Shown: in pieces, positions 60,688-64,000 of the stretch
Layout: each line of letters starts with the position of its first letter
Numbering within the stretch: position 1 is the stretch's first letter
Source of the DNA: Lophium mytilinum
Taxonomy: Eukaryota
DNA length: 64,000 nucleotides
Assembly: GCA_010093605.1 (NCBI GenBank)
Contig: MU004183.1
Location: forward strand, 1,364,001 to 1,428,000
Direction of reading: 5' to 3'
Notes under the pieces: model-generated
The model's input: only the letters and a program-made list of their open reading frames with translations
What the model was told of the DNA's origin: nothing
Databases searched by the model: none
Program-made: the position numbers and the translations under genes

Positions 60688-63427
60688 TATGCCAGTCTAA
60701 ATAACTCGAGAATAATATCGCTATCCAATTTCGATCCACGCTCCCTTGCGGAAAGCTATCATACGTGCTGTTAGCACAACGACTCGGCGACAAAGAGCGC
60801 GCGCAGGCAACCAACTTTCAAACAATCTGAAGTATCCCAAAGTTTACCGTCCGCCCGATCAAGGCGGACCGCCCGCCAGTAGCCACAGCAGTGCGGCGAA
60901 GCTGGCGTCCGTCTTGCAGAGTCCGAAAATCAGGGTCGGATTTGGGATTGGGGTCGAAGCCGAAGCGCAGACGCGGTGGAGGGAAGGAGCGGTAGTTGTG
61001 GATGCGGAGATGGAGCCCATGAATGGTCGTATTGGTGTTTCTGGTGGTCGAATAGATGTCGCCAGGTTAGGTGACCCGGGCGAAGTGCTGCGATGGTGAA
61101 GGTGAGTTAATCCTGCCGGGAAGAGTGAAGTGCAGGAAGGCTCAAAGTTGCTGGAATAATCTCACCTGTCCCGGAGGCTTGGCGCCCATCGCCGAAGGCA
61201 CGTGAAACCTTGGAACCTTCTGCCAACACCAACTTTGGAACCACCATCATACGGCGTCATCACCCACTGCCACATCACAGCCTTTGTTGTTCCTGGTTAG
61301 CATCTATCATCTTCCTCGTTTCTGCCATGGGTCCGATTCTACGTTCGTGCCACGGGTTGTGCCCCAACGGCATCGTGCCGTGTTGCAGCTGCAACGCCGG
61401 TGGGCTTATTGTTGGCTGAGCATCAGCAAGAAATGGTTCTGGTCATGGTTCCATAGGAGCAGCTGTTATCTAGTCACAGTCTGGAGGTGTCTCTGTACAT
61501 ATATGGATATATTTAGAGCTAATTCGGGGCTTATCTTTCCATCGTCTATTTCTAACTCTTCAACTCACTCAAGCCCTCGCCCAACACCAACGGAGCCCCT
61601 GTGGCACGGCTCGGCCCTCACACTCGGCCACTGTTGTAACCTGTGGTAGAAGCCTAGTCGGTCGTCTGTCGATGCCCAGACCTTGCGCGGGTTTGCCTCC
61701 TTTTCATGAAACATAGGTCAACATGGGTTATCGCATGAAGCGGACGGCTTCTTTCCTCGCCGGGCCTCTCGACACGGGCTACCACGCTGAATGGACTCTG
61801 ATCTCGTATCCCTGTCTCGTCTCGTTCTAGCTTGTAAGTTGCTGAAACAGGAGCACAACAACGAAGAAGCGTTCTGTATTCGACCGGAGGCCTCGGATGG
61901 TCCACATTCACTACTACATAAGGTGCTTGTCCGGTTTCTACCCGCTTGAGCATGTTTCTCCAAAGTTGAGTATGAATCATGCCATATCCTGGCGACTTCA
62001 CTATAGCTGTGGGGCGATGGGTTCACCGGCTGCTCGACCCGAGGGCATAGGCACCATCTCGGGGTCTTTGTGAAGTTTATCGTGGAGGCAGGGATATGCT
62101 TCGTGGGCATGATGGCCGAATGTGTCTATATGCGAGTGAATATCAACAAGGTTTGTCACCGATTTGGGCCCCTTGGGCGGAGATGGTTCCTCATTCACTG
62201 CTCAAACGCGTGACACTCGCTTCACAGCACTGCCACCTCCTCGCGTTGCGAAACGAGCCCTGCCTTGCTGGTATAGATCCGGGGCTTGTCCTCGTCCAGC
62301 ACACCTACTTCATCAATGTGAAAAGCCCGAGCGGGCCTCAGGACGTCTGGCTAAAGCCGAATTCGAAGCGACCTGGCGGCTTGCTCAGGGGCGGTCGAGC
62401 GCCGGGAGAGCTGCGAACATGCAACCATCACCCGCGATCATGCAACCGTCACCCGCCGCATGCATGTTGAGTCGCCTCATGGGGCACAGGTCGATGCCGC
62501 AGGGTCGATTCGTGGAGAGGACACAGGCACGCTCTCCAGCGAGACCCACGCGAAGGACGAGAGACAACGAGAACGAGCCGACTGCACGATTGGTCCCCTA
62601 TCCAATTCTTTGACTAAACACTGCCAACGCTTGCTGGCAAAGGCCGCCGCCGTGCATCGTGTTCCCGTGGCCTCCTCCTTCCGAGTGGACTCCTGGCAGT
62701 GGGCTTGAAACACCAGCTTGCCTTGTCGCCGGTGGGCATTTTTAGATACGGCGCTGCTGGCGGTCTCAGACCCCTCGCTAGGATCCTGTCAGGTACCCGC
62801 GCACGGCTGATGCTCAGCCAAAGCGTCACATCCATGCGGCGGCATCGCTCAATGGGTAACATCAAGGCCCAAAGCGACGGCGTTGCGAGCAGAACAGGAG
62901 AGGTGCGAGGGTCACCCAGGGCGGCACCGACGCGCTGGCCCTGGCAGCGGCAAGCAAAGACCCACGCCGAATGGCCAGTCGTGGCGTCGCGCCAGGATGC
63001 GGCTCGGTGGTGAGACAGAGGGGGCCGCCGCACGTGCCCTCCACACCAAGCCGACTGCGTCTTTCACGCCCGACAGCTACTCGCCGTGCCTAACAATGGA
63101 ACCCCATCGCGCGCGACAACGGCATGGCCAGTCACGCCGTGGGACCTCCGTGCTGTGCGGCCAAGCGAGTGGGGACCTTCACCATGTTTCGCCGCCGCTC
63201 GTTTCAAGAGGGGACGTCTGTATGTATAAGTGTGGCCCTGCCGGTGCTGTAGAACCATCATCTCCTCCATCACCGAGTTGTTTTCCTATTAAAAGCTTTG
63301 CAAGAGTCAGGTTCATTCGCTTGTCTGCTCTTGTTTTCATATTGTTTCTTTTCCACAGTCGCTAAAGCACTGCGTCCTTCGCTCTCTTCCTACTATCGTT
63401 CATTGATACCATCTATTCTCCGCCGCC

Positions 63428-64000
63428 ATGAGGCTCTCTACTTCTACTCTTTTGATCTCTGGCCTGGCTGCCCAGCAGGTCACTGCTACCTGGGACCGCT
63501 ATGCTTCCGTCTTCAAGAACCCCACGAACTGCAACAACGAGTGCACGGACAAACAGAAGTCGGGCTATGGCTGGGGCGATCTCCCCACCGGCAAGTTCGA
63601 TTCTTATGACGACTTCAACTTCAGTGGAGGGTGGACTTGCGCCAACAGCTTCGGCAAGCGTGATGCCCTGACCAAGAGGACCTTCAACAGCAAGTGTGCT
63701 AAGACCTCGGTCTCCAAGACTGCTCCCGCGTCCTTCTCCTGCAGCAAGTCTTCCGGCTTCTCTGTGGACGAGCTGCAAGTGTCCGTCGAATTCAACTGCA
63801 ACCTCGAGTTCCACTACGGTATGGAGGATGGTTCCACCTGTAAGCAGGTGTCGCCCTGCCAAACGGAGGGCACCATCGTCAAGAACACCCAGTGTGGCGG
63901 CGCCAAAACCGTCCAAGTCTACCTCGGCGACCATGGCGAGCAGGGCAAGGACAGCTGCGAGATTGGTCTTCATCACATCGGCTTCAACTGCGACTCTCAC
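63428..64000 (+). CDS. Secreted/cell-wall adhesin, Mad1-like N-terminal domain (partial)
   Basis: GCCGCCATG start and signal peptide, then NNECTDKQKSGYGWGDL..FGKRDALTKR..FHYGMEDGSTCKQ..NTQCGGAK..CEIG. Open to the window end and absent from the ORF track. Confidence 0.75.
   Translation, partial: MRLSTSTLLISGLAAQQVTATWDRYASVFKNPTNCNNECTDKQKSGYGWGDLPTGKFDSYDDFNFSGGWTCANSFGKRDALTKRTFNSKCAKTSVSKTAPASFSCSKSSGFSVDELQVSVEFNCNLEFHYGMEDGSTCKQVSPCQTEGTIVKNTQCGGAKTVQVYLGDHGEQGKDSCEIGLHHIGFNCDSH

Noticed and set aside
63413..64000. 195-aa minus-strand ORF
   Set aside because: Antisense shadow of the plus-strand secreted protein.

Overview
Gene-dense window of a filamentous ascomycete genome, inferred from short GT-AG introns with CTRAC branch sites and a Pezizomycotina gene set (possibly a Dothideomycete). 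I can support about 25 protein-coding genes: two APH/Aim9-like phosphotransferases, RRP3, hac1 with its 20-nt Ire1 intron, a peroxisomal MaoC dehydratase, Sch9, Rsc7/Npl6, a fungal 7-TM receptor, an MFS sugar porter, an F-box protein, glucosidase II beta, a CFEM-GPI protein, a GCIP protein, ARP6, fluG, an SDR, SPT10, a Psk1/S6K-like kinase, a Mad1-like adhesin and several hypotheticals. The standout is a tRNA-Ile(AAU) gene (52186-52321, minus strand). Besides its normal 10-nt anticodon-loop intron, it carries a 52-nt insert in the D-loop with full spliceosomal signals (GTAAGC...CCTAAC...TAG), and precise removal of that insert restores a perfect tRNA. Also notable: a non-coding repeat family in three arrays that share a core but differ in period (two lie inverted around the sugar transporter), a 645-nt in-frame candidate exitron in Sch9, and structured or uORF-bearing flanks of hac1. 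All calls are by-eye from sequence and recalled family motifs; no database searches were run.
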